Source: a virus (lineage: Duplodnaviria; Caudoviricetes). Taken from it: a DNA stretch of 56,874 nucleotides. This document shows positions 1-10,552 of this stretch, piece after piece (within the stretch, counting starts at the first letter, position 1; each line of letters starts with the position of its first letter). Where the stretch lies: IMG/VR virus record IMGVR_UViG_3300045970_000182, positions 1 through 56,874 of that record; one strand, given 5' to 3'. The notes beneath the pieces are model-generated. The model saw nothing but the letters and a program-made list of their open reading frames with translations, was not told where the DNA came from and searched no databases. Made by a program: the position numbers and the translations under genes.

Positions 1-384
1 AGGTATACCTACAACAAAATCTTCTGTCCTAATAAGCACTATAGAATACATACCGGCGTGTACCGTTGCTATATCACCACCATTAAGTTCTAATGTTATT
101 AATCCTACAGCAGGTCCTAACTTACACAGCTTTTCGATAACAACTGTGTTGTTCTCCGGGTCAATAATGCGAGCATACACCTGTTGGTTACTTTGCACAT
201 TATATGGAATACGGTCTGGGCCTAACACCCTAAATAATAACTTGTTGTCAAGCCCTTTATGGACGCGAAGTGGTGTAGTAGCCATGGGGGAATTATCCTT
301 AAGATAACAGACAACATCATCGACTGCTAACAGTTGGCGAACGTCGTCGTATAGATATAGTTTATTGAAGGTTTTGTCTGACAT
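1..384 (-). CDS. conserved phage protein, possibly structural (runs off the window edge)
   Basis: Open frame MSDKTFNKLYLYDD...VHKGLDNKLLFRV..., not in the ORF track; GATAAATA late-promoter motif just upstream (391-398). Confidence 0.65.
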   Translation of the reverse strand, partial: MSDKTFNKLYLYDDVRQLLAVDDVVCYLKDNSPMATTPLRVHKGLDNKLLFRVLGPDRIPYNVQSNQQVYARIIDPENNTVVIEKLCKLGPAVGLITLELNGGDIATVHAGMYSIVLIRTEDFVVGIP

Positions 385-453
385 ATCACATATTTATCAA
401 ATATATAATCAAAAAAAGTTCTGTTTCATAAAAATCTATATAAATACTTCTAT

Positions 454-825
454 ATGATACATCTTACCGAAATTAAAGAAAAATTCCCGTTTTTGAGCGG
501 TATTAAATGCCAAACTCACGAATATATCTGCATTATTCAAAATTCTGATGATAAAATCATTAGTTTCTATGATTACGAATGTATAAAAACACCAGAAGAA
601 AAGAAAATATTTTTAGAACTCGGTGACACATGGTGGTGGGAGAGCAATCGTATATTACCAATCAACATATTTCTACAAGGGCAAATGCTTCCGTTTAGGT
701 ATTGTATGAAAACTGTTGTCAATAAAGACATAGAGCTAATGTTTGGCACATTAACCAGTCTCAATAACATTATGAAGAAGCGTATTAAGAAACGCCAGAT
801 ACAGTTAATCAGACGTACTGATTAA
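454..825 (+). CDS. conserved hypothetical phage protein (WWWESNR motif)
   Basis: 123-aa ORF directly downstream of a TATAAATA motif. Confidence 0.75.
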   Translation: MIHLTEIKEKFPFLSGIKCQTHEYICIIQNSDDKIISFYDYECIKTPEEKKIFLELGDTWWWESNRILPINIFLQGQMLPFRYCMKTVVNKDIELMFGTLTSLNNIMKKRIKKRQIQLIRRTD

Positions 826-1409
826 TCTTTCGATAGTTGTTCAACAAGTAAGTTTAGATTCACAATAACTGCCAGCGAATAGGCGACAGAATGGCACCTT
901 TTGAAATGGTACGCGGTTTTATCTAAATCTTTGTCCCACACTTCCTGTCTAATCTTATCCCATCCATGTGATTGTAAATATGCCTTTGCAGGACGAATGA
1001 TAGCGAGTATCATTGCCAAATCCTCGACAGACGTAGGCCTATACTTCTTCAATAAAGCACTATACCCATTTAAATGAAACAGTTGATCTGTTATTTCTTC
1101 GTATTGGAAGAAATCCCACGGTGGCTCTCTGTCTAACAGTTCCAGTAAATGTGATTCATCCCTTACACCTTCATACATATTAACATTAAGCAGGTCTATC
1201 TTGAAATATCCGTAATCGCCTGCTACCTTATGATCTAATGTGCTTGTATTTGTAAATGGATCTCGTGGAATATTCTGAAAATATACGCCAGTAGGGTGCT
1301 TTTCTAACCCAAACGGGCGATCTATGGCACCATATACACACTCTATGCCTTTTAGTATTTCTTCCCTGTTAAATACGTCGATGTCGACGTCTGTTTCCAC
1401 TTTACTCAT
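822..1409 (-). CDS. DNA polymerase III alpha (DnaE)-like short fragment
   Basis: DnaE-like motifs TDVDID, HPTGVYF, GYFKIDLL, LAIIRP and FKRCHSVAYS in only 195 aa. Confidence 0.75.
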   Translation of the reverse strand: MSKVETDVDIDVFNREEILKGIECVYGAIDRPFGLEKHPTGVYFQNIPRDPFTNTSTLDHKVAGDYGYFKIDLLNVNMYEGVRDESHLLELLDREPPWDFFQYEEITDQLFHLNGYSALLKKYRPTSVEDLAMILAIIRPAKAYLQSHGWDKIRQEVWDKDLDKTAYHFKRCHSVAYSLAVIVNLNLLVEQLSKD

Positions 1410-1623
1410 TTGAACCTCGTAACATTTGTTCTACTTTAGTGTAACATCTGCTGCCGCCGAATGTAAGCATGAATGCAATGGCGTCTTCCTCGTGTTCAAA
1501 GCATAGTTCCTTGGTTTGCCATGTATATGATACATCTTTTATCAAATCCCTATGCAATAACCAGTCTGCCACCTTAACAGAATCGCGCCTGGTAGGCAAT
1601 CTAATAGTGATAGGTATATTCAT
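1402..1623 (-). CDS. hypothetical protein
   Basis: 73-aa ORF overlapping both neighbours; FEHEEDAIAFML motif resembles the 46517 ORF. Confidence 0.6.
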   Translation of the reverse strand: MNIPITIRLPTRRDSVKVADWLLHRDLIKDVSYTWQTKELCFEHEEDAIAFMLTFGGSRCYTKVEQMLRGSNE

Positions 1624-2336
1624 TATAATCCGGCCTGTTGCAGCATATTTTTTATAAAATCTACATCATCGGAATTCTTTTTAAATCGTTTTATCCAGAA
1701 ACCTGCGTCTATAATGCTTCCTATTATTTTTGCATGGTCTTGATTAAATCTTCCCATTAAATCCCCGGCAGAATTGCACAAATACAATATCCACGGGCTA
1801 ATCTTACCTGTTCTGATCAGGTGCGATGCTTCATTTGCCGAAATCTGGCGAAAAAACTCGTTAAAATCTACATTATTAAGCTCAGACCAAGTCATGATTT
1901 CTGTTATAGATCTCTCTGTTGCTGCTACAGCCGGTTCTTTCTTTATTAAGTCATCTATGTATGTTTCAAATACGAAATCTTTGGTCCAATCCTTTAGTTT
2001 TACACTATTTTTAATAACAAACTCAACAAACTGTTCCGGATATATCGGTTTAAGATTAGAAATGTGATTTCCAAACTTTACAAAGTCTATATAGTATGGA
2101 CTTTCTATAAAATCCTGTGTTGTTTTTGGCTTCTTGGAAGACATAGTGATTTCATAGAATCTCTTATACGCTATAAAACCAAAGCGAGATGCCATTGTGT
2201 CTATTTCCATATGTCTGCGCTTTTTAACGCACATATGAGCTGATAAAGTTTTCTCTCGTTGAAATGCTTTACCGCAATATTTGCATGAATACTGTTGAAC
2301 TTTCGCAGTTGCCATAAAGTTGTTAGTGTGTTTCAC
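1623..2336 (-). CDS. C2H2 zinc-finger-containing phage protein
   Basis: N-terminal CKYC-x12-H-x-C zinc-finger pattern; replication-gene context. Confidence 0.65.
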   Translation of the reverse strand: MKHTNNFMATAKVQQYSCKYCGKAFQREKTLSAHMCVKKRRHMEIDTMASRFGFIAYKRFYEITMSSKKPKTTQDFIESPYYIDFVKFGNHISNLKPIYPEQFVEFVIKNSVKLKDWTKDFVFETYIDDLIKKEPAVAATERSITEIMTWSELNNVDFNEFFRQISANEASHLIRTGKISPWILYLCNSAGDLMGRFNQDHAKIIGSIIDAGFWIKRFKKNSDDVDFIKNMLQQAGL

Positions 2337-2338
2337 AC

Positions 2339-2890
2339 CTATGCTCCCACATTTCCCTTAAGAATGTCTTTTATTGCTTTATCATCCATTGCATTCTCCT
2401 TTAGAAAGGCAGCAAGATCTTCTGCTGTGTTGATTTGCAGTAACAGTTCTACTTCGTCCCGTTTCATTAATGGAAACATAGTGTAAAGTAGCTCTTCCAA
2501 CTTGTTCTTCTTTGTTTTCTTATGCGGTGGTATCCATTGATGCATTTGCTTTTTTCTTGTACCACACACAGTTAATAGCTTCCACTGTAGTTCCGGGTGT
2601 TTATTTAACACGCTAAAGTTATAGTTGACGAAGGAGTTTACATAGAGTAAATGTCGTTCTGCGCTATTTGCAGATGAACTCATGTATCGCATAAGGACCC
2701 ATAAGCTGATTTCTTTTTTATGCACATCTGATAAGTTAGAATAGAACTCTCTATCACATAAATCCATTGCGTTGAGCTCTGAAGAAAGCGATAATGTATT
2801 TTCTTTCTTCCCTGACGATACATTTTCGTCGTCCGTATCGGGATTTAATGAAAAGAACTCATTGCGCCACTGTTCTATGTCTTCACTCAT
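2339..2890 (-). CDS. putative clamp loader small subunit (T4 gp62-like)
   Basis: LMRYMSS...NKHPELQWKLL...HQWIPP pattern and size recalled for this family; context. Confidence 0.55.
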   Translation of the reverse strand: MSEDIEQWRNEFFSLNPDTDDENVSSGKKENTLSLSSELNAMDLCDREFYSNLSDVHKKEISLWVLMRYMSSSANSAERHLLYVNSFVNYNFSVLNKHPELQWKLLTVCGTRKKQMHQWIPPHKKTKKNKLEELLYTMFPLMKRDEVELLLQINTAEDLAAFLKENAMDDKAIKDILKGNVGA

Positions 2891-3390
2891 TCGAATAACC
2901 CGCCTATGTCAATAACTTCCGGCAACTTATTTATTTCTTTAACAAACAATGCACACGGTGGATGGGGTGTATCGTCTAACGGTACAACTAAAATATTTCC
3001 ATGCTTTAGTTTAGGGAAGAACCATTTCACTTCAGAGTATACATTTACTATGGTAATAGGTTGAGGGCGAGGCACCATATGCCTAAGCGGATTAAATGCC
3101 ATTGTATAAAATCCGCGATCATTTAAACTGGTAAGAGACATGATTTCTAAATCACTATAGTTATCGTCACATACAAGTATAGACCAGTCTAATGGCATCT
3201 GAATCTTATGGTCTCCGATCTGTAATACAACAGCGGGTGCATAAAAACTCTCAAGAAAAATAAGTGGTATAAAGAAATAATCTACATTCTTAGGATCAGT
3301 ATAATCTAATATACAATATCGTATGTCTTCGACCTCGTTAGGTACCTTATCAAGCTCATATGCTTTATTTTCTGTTGTTAAGATTCGCAA
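2887..3390 (-). CDS. conserved hypothetical phage protein
   Basis: 167-aa ORF overlapping the downstream gene start, RBS (GAGGTG) upstream. Confidence 0.7.
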   Translation of the reverse strand: MRILTTENKAYELDKVPNEVEDIRYCILDYTDPKNVDYFFIPLIFLESFYAPAVVLQIGDHKIQMPLDWSILVCDDNYSDLEIMSLTSLNDRGFYTMAFNPLRHMVPRPQPITIVNVYSEVKWFFPKLKHGNILVVPLDDTPHPPCALFVKEINKLPEVIDIGGLFE

Positions 3391-3455
3391 AGTTCACCTC
3401 ATTAGTTAATATAACATATTATAACATAATATACGCAATATACAAGAGTTTCATA

Positions 3456-3809
3456 TTACATTGTCCAACCTGTTTTTCGGCGCCTTGACTTCCTATATTC
3501 TTCATACTCTTCGTCTGTCGCGGATTTAGTAGGAGCCTTACCACAACTAATCATATATCCGTCCACCCCACATCTCATGAGATAATCGTGCAACATATTA
3601 TCTACACTGCAATGTTTTAAGGCCAAAAATGCCAATGTATTTGCCGACTCGGAGTTCTCATCATACGATATTGTTATCTTAGGTATCTCAATGTGGTTAA
3701 ACTTATCTGTTTTGGCGGTATCTATTACAGCGACTATATCATTTGCCTTACAGAATATCTCTATCAATGATATATACCCATCGGAAATGCCAGTTTGTAT
3801 TGTTTTCAT
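3456..3809 (-). CDS. hypothetical protein
   Basis: 117-aa ORF co-oriented within the operon. Confidence 0.55.
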   Translation of the reverse strand: MKTIQTGISDGYISLIEIFCKANDIVAVIDTAKTDKFNHIEIPKITISYDENSESANTLAFLALKHCSVDNMLHDYLMRCGVDGYMISCGKAPTKSATDEEYEEYRKSRRRKTGWTM

Positions 3810-3816
3810 ATTGCAT

Positions 3817-4659
3817 TTAATAGTTTATTTTTTCTATAGAGAAGGGGTATTCCGCTTCCTTATAAAACTTCTTTCTTTTTGTAAGATGAGTCTTGCTATA
3901 TTTACAGTTGGAACATATATCATACACATTAACGAAATCTTTGTCTTCGGCAACTCGTATTCCTCTACCAATACTTTGTATCACCCTAACAAAACTCTTT
4001 CCAGCCTCAAATAGTATCATGTTAAATATGCGAACAATGTTGATACCCGTTGATGCAACACCGTATGTTGCTATAATAACCTTCCCATCCACTTCCTGAA
4101 CTTCTTTATATTCCGACTTACGATCTTTAGACTTCATTTGTCCAGAAACAAACACAGATTCCGGAATAAGTGACTGTAATAGCTTACCTGTCTCTATACG
4201 ATCCACCAATATAAGCGTATTACCGGTTTCGGATATTTCTTCTATCTTACCTGCTATGTATTTTAGTCGTTTTTCGTTTGTTGTAAGCCACTTTAGTTCT
4301 GTTTGATAGTTACCGGAGGCCGCTGATCCTACATCTTGCAGTTGCCATACGTTTACATGCAGTTGCGCTAATATACCTTTATCCTGCAAGTCTTTTGTAT
4401 TGATTTTGCCTAACATGGGTCCTATACATGCTTTCACTGCAATCTTATCACCCTCTTCTTCCGGCATAGTGCCCGTCAGTCCCCACCTAATAGGTGCGTT
4501 TGACAATGGACCACTAAGTATTTTACGAAGCACATCCGCCTTTGCCTTATGGCAGTTTTCTACTACAGCACCGTCGACTATATAGTTGTGATCATTTTTT
4601 ATACCTAGTGTATAAATTTCTGCAGGTTTATCTATCTCTTTTCTTGTTATAAGCTTCAT
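3817..4659 (-). CDS. uvsW: split intein C-part (35 aa) fused to the C-terminal half of UvsW-like SF2 helicase
   Basis: IYTLGIKNDHNYIVDGAVVEN (intein blocks F/G) then C-HKAKA; helicase motifs GLTGT, STGINI, QSIGRGIR. Confidence 0.9.
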   Translation of the reverse strand: MKLITRKEIDKPAEIYTLGIKNDHNYIVDGAVVENCHKAKADVLRKILSGPLSNAPIRWGLTGTMPEEEGDKIAVKACIGPMLGKINTKDLQDKGILAQLHVNVWQLQDVGSAASGNYQTELKWLTTNEKRLKYIAGKIEEISETGNTLILVDRIETGKLLQSLIPESVFVSGQMKSKDRKSEYKEVQEVDGKVIIATYGVASTGINIVRIFNMILFEAGKSFVRVIQSIGRGIRVAEDKDFVNVYDICSNCKYSKTHLTKRKKFYKEAEYPFSIEKINY

Positions 4660-5554
4660 TTAGTGCCTTTATCTTTTTTTGAGTATTAGGATCAAAGTCT
4701 TCAATACGGACCATTGTGGACATTTGTTGTATATCTTCTTGGGTGATAATATTCATTTTATAATCATTATTTTTACACCATAATGATAATGATTCTATTT
4801 TTGATTTTTCCTTATCACGAGATAAGAGCTCTTCGGGTTTTATTTCCGTGGATATCTTTGTATTATGATTTATAAAATCCACTATGTAGATATATTCTTT
4901 ATTATCATAGATATATTTTATTCTCAATGATTCATATAAATCATCCTTATTCAATGAATAATATATTGCTTCCCACGAAGATCTAAACTTTTTATCTCTA
5001 TAATAACTATCCCAGTGTGTATTCCTATTATTAGAATTCGGAGTAAAACATCCATCGAGAATCTTCTGTTTCATTATGATAGATTTCTGATCTTTATCCT
5101 TCTGCGGCATTTCTGTGCCGAACATAGGATTACCTTGTCCTGTTCTATTATTAGATAATGTCTCTAATCTTTTATCTGTATCCTTCGTAAGACCTTTACA
5201 CCAACTCGAATATGGATAGTCACCCTTTGTGTTTTTGTTCCAAGGAATACCTGTATTTAGATTCTTCTTTATGTTCTTGCCGTGAATAGATTGACATGCT
5301 TTTCCACCTTTTTTAGATATAAGAGATTTTATTTTCTTTTCGATCTCTACTTCAAATGTAAGATATATTTTATCAAAGTTCTTTATCCAGTGTTCGTCGC
5401 CATTTATGCGTCTAATAATCCGCAGTGCCGAATTATCAAAATATTCGATATTATTCAAAATAACTTTTTTTGGGCTAGCTGAATAAAAAGATATTTTCGA
5501 TATCTGGTTATATTCTATCAATTTATTATTGAGATTATCTATATTGAGTTGCAT
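4628..5554 (-). mobile_element. free-standing putative homing endonuclease (NUMOD-like repeats plus TnsA-like PD-(D/E)xK domain) between the split intein halves
   Basis: WNK/WCKGLTK/GNPMFG repeats; FRSSWE...YESLRIKY...YIVDF...EIKP. Confidence 0.75.
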
Positions 5555-5572
5555 AATACATCTGCCTTTGTT

Positions 5573-6592
5573 TTATGTATTTATGCTTTTTATATCATCT
5601 TCCTCGGTTATCCGATCTGCTCTAACCCACCCTCTTTGTGTCAAAAATCGATGATTCCCTGTAACTTTTATTTTTTTACTATTATCGAATTCTAACTCAT
5701 ACATTTTTTCATTTGAAGATTTTGTTAGATTTGTATGTACATATTCGACGATATCTTCCTTGAATATATTTTCATTTTCTGAATAATTGATTACGACATC
5801 ACCCACTTTTATATCACTTATCTTCATATAACCGCAAGATGTCAGCACTAATGCATCTGGGTGGAAGCACTCGTCCACAATAACGCAAACCACCCCCTCG
5901 AAGAAAGCGTTTATATCTATCTCTAAATCGTGTTCTTTTGATTTCTTTGCTAGGCTTTCTAAACTTTGCCATGTGCATATAGTATGGGTTTTACCATATT
6001 CCTTTCTATCACCGAAGAAAACACCAACATCTAATCCCATATTGATATAATCTTCTTCGGTTTGCGTCACTAAGTCTTTTGTAGGAACAATAACTATACT
6101 ACGGCCATACGGTTGCACCTTATGACTAAGAATAGCCGTGATTAATGTCTTTCCACTGCCCGTAGGTGCTATATTAACACCCGTTATATTATTTAAGTAT
6201 GAGTTTATTACTTCTGTCTGGTGATCTTTAAGCATTATAGGCTGACCGGCGATAGGATGCCCTTCGGGCCAGCAAATATGACTATAACTGTCTTCTGTTA
6301 CTTCTTCAAACTCAAACTCTTCTGATGCTTGTCGTTTATCGTCGATTTCTACCTCATAACCTGCATTTTGCACTATAGGTAATAGAATATCGAGCAAGTT
6401 TAGATATGATCTACCACCTATATCGCAGAAACTCATCTTTCCAGACCAACGACCTAACTTAAATGCTGGCGTATGTCGTGCATATGGAAGCATAAACTCC
6501 AACGATGTCACCATTTTGCGTCTGCATTCTGGTGATAAGTCGTGGAATCGTATGTTTACTTCATCTATTATTTCTAATCTTGTTTTTGCCAT
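5573..6592 (-). CDS. uvsW: N-terminal half of UvsW-like SF2 helicase fused to split intein N-part (98 aa)
   Basis: Walker A APTGSGKT, VIVDE, then intein block A CFHPDALVLT and block B VTGNHRFLT. Confidence 0.9.
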   Translation of the reverse strand: MAKTRLEIIDEVNIRFHDLSPECRRKMVTSLEFMLPYARHTPAFKLGRWSGKMSFCDIGGRSYLNLLDILLPIVQNAGYEVEIDDKRQASEEFEFEEVTEDSYSHICWPEGHPIAGQPIMLKDHQTEVINSYLNNITGVNIAPTGSGKTLITAILSHKVQPYGRSIVIVPTKDLVTQTEEDYINMGLDVGVFFGDRKEYGKTHTICTWQSLESLAKKSKEHDLEIDINAFFEGVVCVIVDECFHPDALVLTSCGYMKISDIKVGDVVINYSENENIFKEDIVEYVHTNLTKSSNEKMYELEFDNSKKIKVTGNHRFLTQRGWVRADRITEEDDIKSINT

Positions 6593-7050
6593 TAAATACT
6601 CGCATCGTCTAACCCGGCCGCCCGTAGTTTCACAATATGTCCTAACATAAAATTCTTTGCCTCCATTGCCTTGCTGATTGCTAAGAATTTATTCCTCAAC
6701 AGTGCTACTTCGTTAATAAGAACGGTTGTGTCGACTATGCTGGCAACGCCATCTACATACTTTTCAGCATCTCGCGAACTCAATGCCTTGTTATATGCTT
6801 CTAAAAACTTCTTGAATTCAATAGATCTATCTTTTCTTAACTGTATATTAAGAAATTCCAGGACTGCCTCTATTTCCTGCAACTGAGAAAATCTTTGCTC
6901 AACAAGGCCGGGCAGCTCGGCGGCATGTTTCTCTAATGTCTTACCCTTTAATGATAATTCGATACGGGCTTGAATAAGCTCAGTCTCGTAAAAATCAATA
7001 AAATCAGGTATATTAGATAAGTCTGCCGTTACTTTGTAATACCATTTCAC
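6592..7050 (-). CDS. uvsY: recombination mediator UvsY-like
   Basis: Helical 152-aa protein, ALSSRDAEKYVDG, C-terminal IVKLRAAGLDD; adjacent to uvsW. Confidence 0.75.
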   Translation of the reverse strand: MKWYYKVTADLSNIPDFIDFYETELIQARIELSLKGKTLEKHAAELPGLVEQRFSQLQEIEAVLEFLNIQLRKDRSIEFKKFLEAYNKALSSRDAEKYVDGVASIVDTTVLINEVALLRNKFLAISKAMEAKNFMLGHIVKLRAAGLDDASI

Positions 7051-7358
7051 AGGTTATGCACTCTTTTAATACCAAGTTCCATTGCTTGCACTAATAATAC
7101 AGCCTTTTGCGTTCTGTTCATTGAAGACCGTCTAATAGCAAGTAATCTGGGAGGGACATTTAAGTCTTCCGCTAAAGTCTTTTGTACCTTAGTCAGGTTT
7201 ACTGGCTCAGTAATCCACATAACAAAGTTAGCACCTACAGTTGCATCTCTCATTTTTTCTTTGAACTGTTGAACTTCTGTTAAGGACCGCTGAACATCCT
7301 TACTGCTAATAGCGTTTAATAACGCATCACCTATATCATTCGTCATCGTATTCCTCAT
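7047..7358 (-). CDS. hypothetical protein
   Basis: ORF in tightly packed operon. Confidence 0.6.
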   Translation of the reverse strand: MRNTMTNDIGDALLNAISSKDVQRSLTEVQQFKEKMRDATVGANFVMWITEPVNLTKVQKTLAEDLNVPPRLLAIRRSSMNRTQKAVLLVQAMELGIKRVHNL

Positions 7359-7569
7359 CTGGTTCGTCTAATGGATCGCCGATATGACTTCGCACTGCTG
7401 CACGAAGTGGCTTATCTAAATCCTCATCCATTAAATCATCATCTACTTTACCGAACTCGTCAAAAACAACAACAAGTATGTCTGCTACTTCTAAACGATC
7501 CTTTGGTGGAATATGAGATTTTATTCTTGCCCATAACTCCATAATCAATTCATTATTTTCATTTACCAT
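7336..7569 (-). CDS. small acidic hypothetical protein
   Basis: 77-aa ORF directly downstream of uvsX. Confidence 0.65.
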   Translation of the reverse strand: MVNENNELIMELWARIKSHIPPKDRLEVADILVVVFDEFGKVDDDLMDEDLDKPLRAAVRSHIGDPLDEPDEEYDDE

Positions 7570-7579
7570 TTTATTATTC

Positions 7580-8671
7580 TCACTCCTCTATAAAAGCTAC
7601 CGTAGGGATTTCTGCAGGACTATCTGCTATAACCACCTTAAAGTCATTATCTGTGAACTCATCCATCACTATCTTCATTTTAGCAAGATCGTTCCACTCT
7701 TTTCTAAAATATTTCATTTCCTCACCGGTGCGTTTTGATACATATTTATATCTGTTGCCTTCTTTGATAAGGACTCCAGATTTTTCAAATAAATCAAACA
7801 AACCCGATACAGGATTCATACCAGTTTCCCAAGGAATATCTAACTTAATAGATTCAAACGGTTTAGCATATCGTGTTTTAACAACTTTGCAAGTTGCCCT
7901 GATACCTGTCACTTCTGTGATCTTGTTGCCGTCTTCATCTTCTTTTAGTTTATACTTTTTCATAGCAACTATGATGCTAGAAGCGAACATGAAACCTGAT
8001 CCACCCGATATCTTATCATCCGGGTCAAACATATCTTGACTTGCATATGTGTGGTTAGTAACAACCATACCTATGTTTAAATCGCCAAACATATTGACAC
8101 AGTTCGATACAAATGCCTTAAGCTGCTTTGCTTTTCGACCCATATCGCCCTTCATATCGCCTGCTTCGAATTGTTTTACTTCTGTTGGTGTCAATAACAT
8201 ACCAATCGAGTCAATAACAAACAGAATCTTCGGGCGTTCTGCCTTAGGTAAATCTAAATAGTTTGCTTTGTATTCTGATACGAAATCATGAACAATCTTA
8301 GCTACCTCGTCAATCATAGATGCACTGATACGAAGCATTTTATCCTCGCCAGTCTCTACTCCTAAGTTTGCCAGCCACTTTTCATCCAATGCATTCTCAG
8401 TGTCAATCATAACTACGAAAATGTTTTGCTCTTGCGCTGCTTTTGCAATATTGCCAGAAACAATGTAAGATTTACCTGCTCCAGACTCCCCTGCAAATAC
8501 TGTTACCTTACCCATCGGAACACCTTTATAAAAGTCTCCGCTGATAAGATAGTTTAATCCATAAGATCCTGTACTTACCCAAATATCCGGGTCGTTGAAT
8601 CCTGTTGAAATGCCTGTAATACTTTTTGTTAAGTTCTTGCGGAACTTACTTATGTCAAATGGTCGAGTCAT
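7580..8671 (-). CDS. uvsX: RecA/UvsX-like recombinase
   Basis: Walker A GESGAGKS, IDTENALD, VIDSIG, TNHTY, SGGSG. Confidence 0.93.
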   Translation of the reverse strand: MTRPFDISKFRKNLTKSITGISTGFNDPDIWVSTGSYGLNYLISGDFYKGVPMGKVTVFAGESGAGKSYIVSGNIAKAAQEQNIFVVMIDTENALDEKWLANLGVETGEDKMLRISASMIDEVAKIVHDFVSEYKANYLDLPKAERPKILFVIDSIGMLLTPTEVKQFEAGDMKGDMGRKAKQLKAFVSNCVNMFGDLNIGMVVTNHTYASQDMFDPDDKISGGSGFMFASSIIVAMKKYKLKEDEDGNKITEVTGIRATCKVVKTRYAKPFESIKLDIPWETGMNPVSGLFDLFEKSGVLIKEGNRYKYVSKRTGEEMKYFRKEWNDLAKMKIVMDEFTDNDFKVVIADSPAEIPTVAFIEE

Positions 8672-9315
8672 TTTTTATTTTCCTTATATCTACAATTATC
8701 TCCGTGGTGCTTTTTCATATTACCCGGATCTACCATTTTTTTACAATGTAGGCACTCGGTTTTAGATGATACTACGCCTTTATTCCACGCTATTTTACCT
8801 TTATACATAGCTGACAAGTTATCTTTAAAATCTTGCGATCTAACTTTTCCTATGTTCTTATGTGGTTCTGTTTTCTTCATCGGGTTGGGTTTACCTTTCC
8901 TGCCGGTAGGTATTCCTTTTCTTGCGTCGCTATTTACTTTAATTTGTTCAGCCGTACGTTTTATTCCTTTATTTGCCTTACCTATCTTCAATCTTGTATC
9001 TTCGGATGGATTTGATACGCCATCGCCACCATCTGTTAAATTTAATAACGGGCCTTTTCCTAAATCTTTTCTGCCTATTTCAGAAATTAATTCTTCTTCA
9101 AGAAACAATGCAAATTCTTCATCGTATCCCGAATATAAACCTATTATAGGTTTAATTTTATGCTCCTTCATATATTGCAATCTCTGGATAAATGGATGTC
9201 TTTTACGTTTTGTAAGATGCTGCCACGCCCTGGTCCCGTGACCTTTTCCTACGTAGATAGGTTCGTTGTCACGGGACGGATCATAATAAATATAAGTATA
9301 AAAATTATCTTCCAT
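8668..9315 (-). mobile_element. GIY-YIG-type homing endonuclease with NUMOD3 repeats
   Basis: FYTYIY...YVGKG...R, LLNLTDGGDG, repeated basic KIGKANKG/WNKG motifs. Confidence 0.8.
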
Positions 9316-9345
9316 AAATAGGGTAACTACTTACCCTTGCGCTGA

Positions 9346-10404
9346 TTAAGATTGCTTATTTCTTGAGCGGAGCATCTGCAAAATCTCTTGCGGACTCTTA
9401 CCTGCCGGTGCAGATGTTTCGCCTACCAGTTCTTTAGTTGGTGCGGTTGTCACTACAGGTGCTTCGGCTTCTGCAAGATCTTCTTCAAGTTCTTTCTGTG
9501 CCACTACTGTAGCAGGCTTTGCAATAGCTGCCTGTGTTGTGCGTTGTACGAATGCAGGACGCGGTGTTCTTACGCCTTCGCCGCCATCGTCGTCGCCTGT
9601 TGGAGCAGAATCAAAGCCAAACGGTTTGTAATATTGACTCCATTGTGCTGGATCATACAGCTCTCCGTCCAACGATGCCTGGAACATTTCAAACATTGCG
9701 TTTGTTTGTTCGGCTGTTGGTCTCTTAGGTAAGTAATCGCTTAACTTCACTAAACCGTATTGATTGATTGCTGCCAACTGTGATTCTGTAAGACTCGATT
9801 CCTTACGTGCCCACTTAGATGTACCATAATCAGCAAAACCGCCTTTGCTTGTCTTTGCAACAATAAAGTCTGTTCCGTTGATATAATCTACTGGATTGTT
9901 TTCCATATCTGGATCCATTAATGCAGCTTGGATAATCTTAAAGATTTGCGGGCCGATAATGAATTTGCGGATTGGATTTTCTGGAGGATCTTGCTCACCT
10001 AATGCGTCTTGCTTGACAAAACCTTGTGTGTAATACGTTTTCTTTACCCAATATTTACGGGCAGTTGCTTCTAATGAAGCATCTTTCCACATAGGACGAA
10101 CTTCGTTTAAGATAGGGCAAGTCATTTTACCATCCCACATCTCGATACACGGAACTTGGACAACTACTTCCTTGTGTTCGTCGTGTCCTTTAATACCAGG
10201 GAATGGTAACTTGATTAGTTGCCGTTCAGCCCAGAAAAATGTGTTATCTTCATCACCGTCAGGTAACATTCTAAGGATACACTGTGATCCTTCTGCTATA
10301 TTCCAATGTGGGTAAACTGTTTTGTCATTGCTAAAGTTGGATGATCCACCTTTGCGATCCATTGCTTGCAATTTCTTGCGGATTTCGTCGAGAGTTTTAC
10401 TCAT
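9346..10404 (-). CDS. single-stranded DNA-binding protein (gp32-like)
   Basis: LRMLPDGD, FFWAER, CPIL, GTDF...KGGFADYGTSKW; adjacent to uvsX. Confidence 0.88.
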   Translation of the reverse strand: MSKTLDEIRKKLQAMDRKGGSSNFSNDKTVYPHWNIAEGSQCILRMLPDGDEDNTFFWAERQLIKLPFPGIKGHDEHKEVVVQVPCIEMWDGKMTCPILNEVRPMWKDASLEATARKYWVKKTYYTQGFVKQDALGEQDPPENPIRKFIIGPQIFKIIQAALMDPDMENNPVDYINGTDFIVAKTSKGGFADYGTSKWARKESSLTESQLAAINQYGLVKLSDYLPKRPTAEQTNAMFEMFQASLDGELYDPAQWSQYYKPFGFDSAPTGDDDGGEGVRTPRPAFVQRTTQAAIAKPATVVAQKELEEDLAEAEAPVVTTAPTKELVGETSAPAGKSPQEILQMLRSRNKQS

Positions 10405-10552
10405 AATATATATTTCCTTATAACGCTGGTTAATGCTTATGCTTTATTTTGACTAAAAAGTGCGTTATTTTTTTAATCAACAAAGTATTTATCTGTTTTA
10501 TTATGATAGTGCCTTTTTATAGGCACAAAGTAAAACAGGTCCTCGTATAGTG

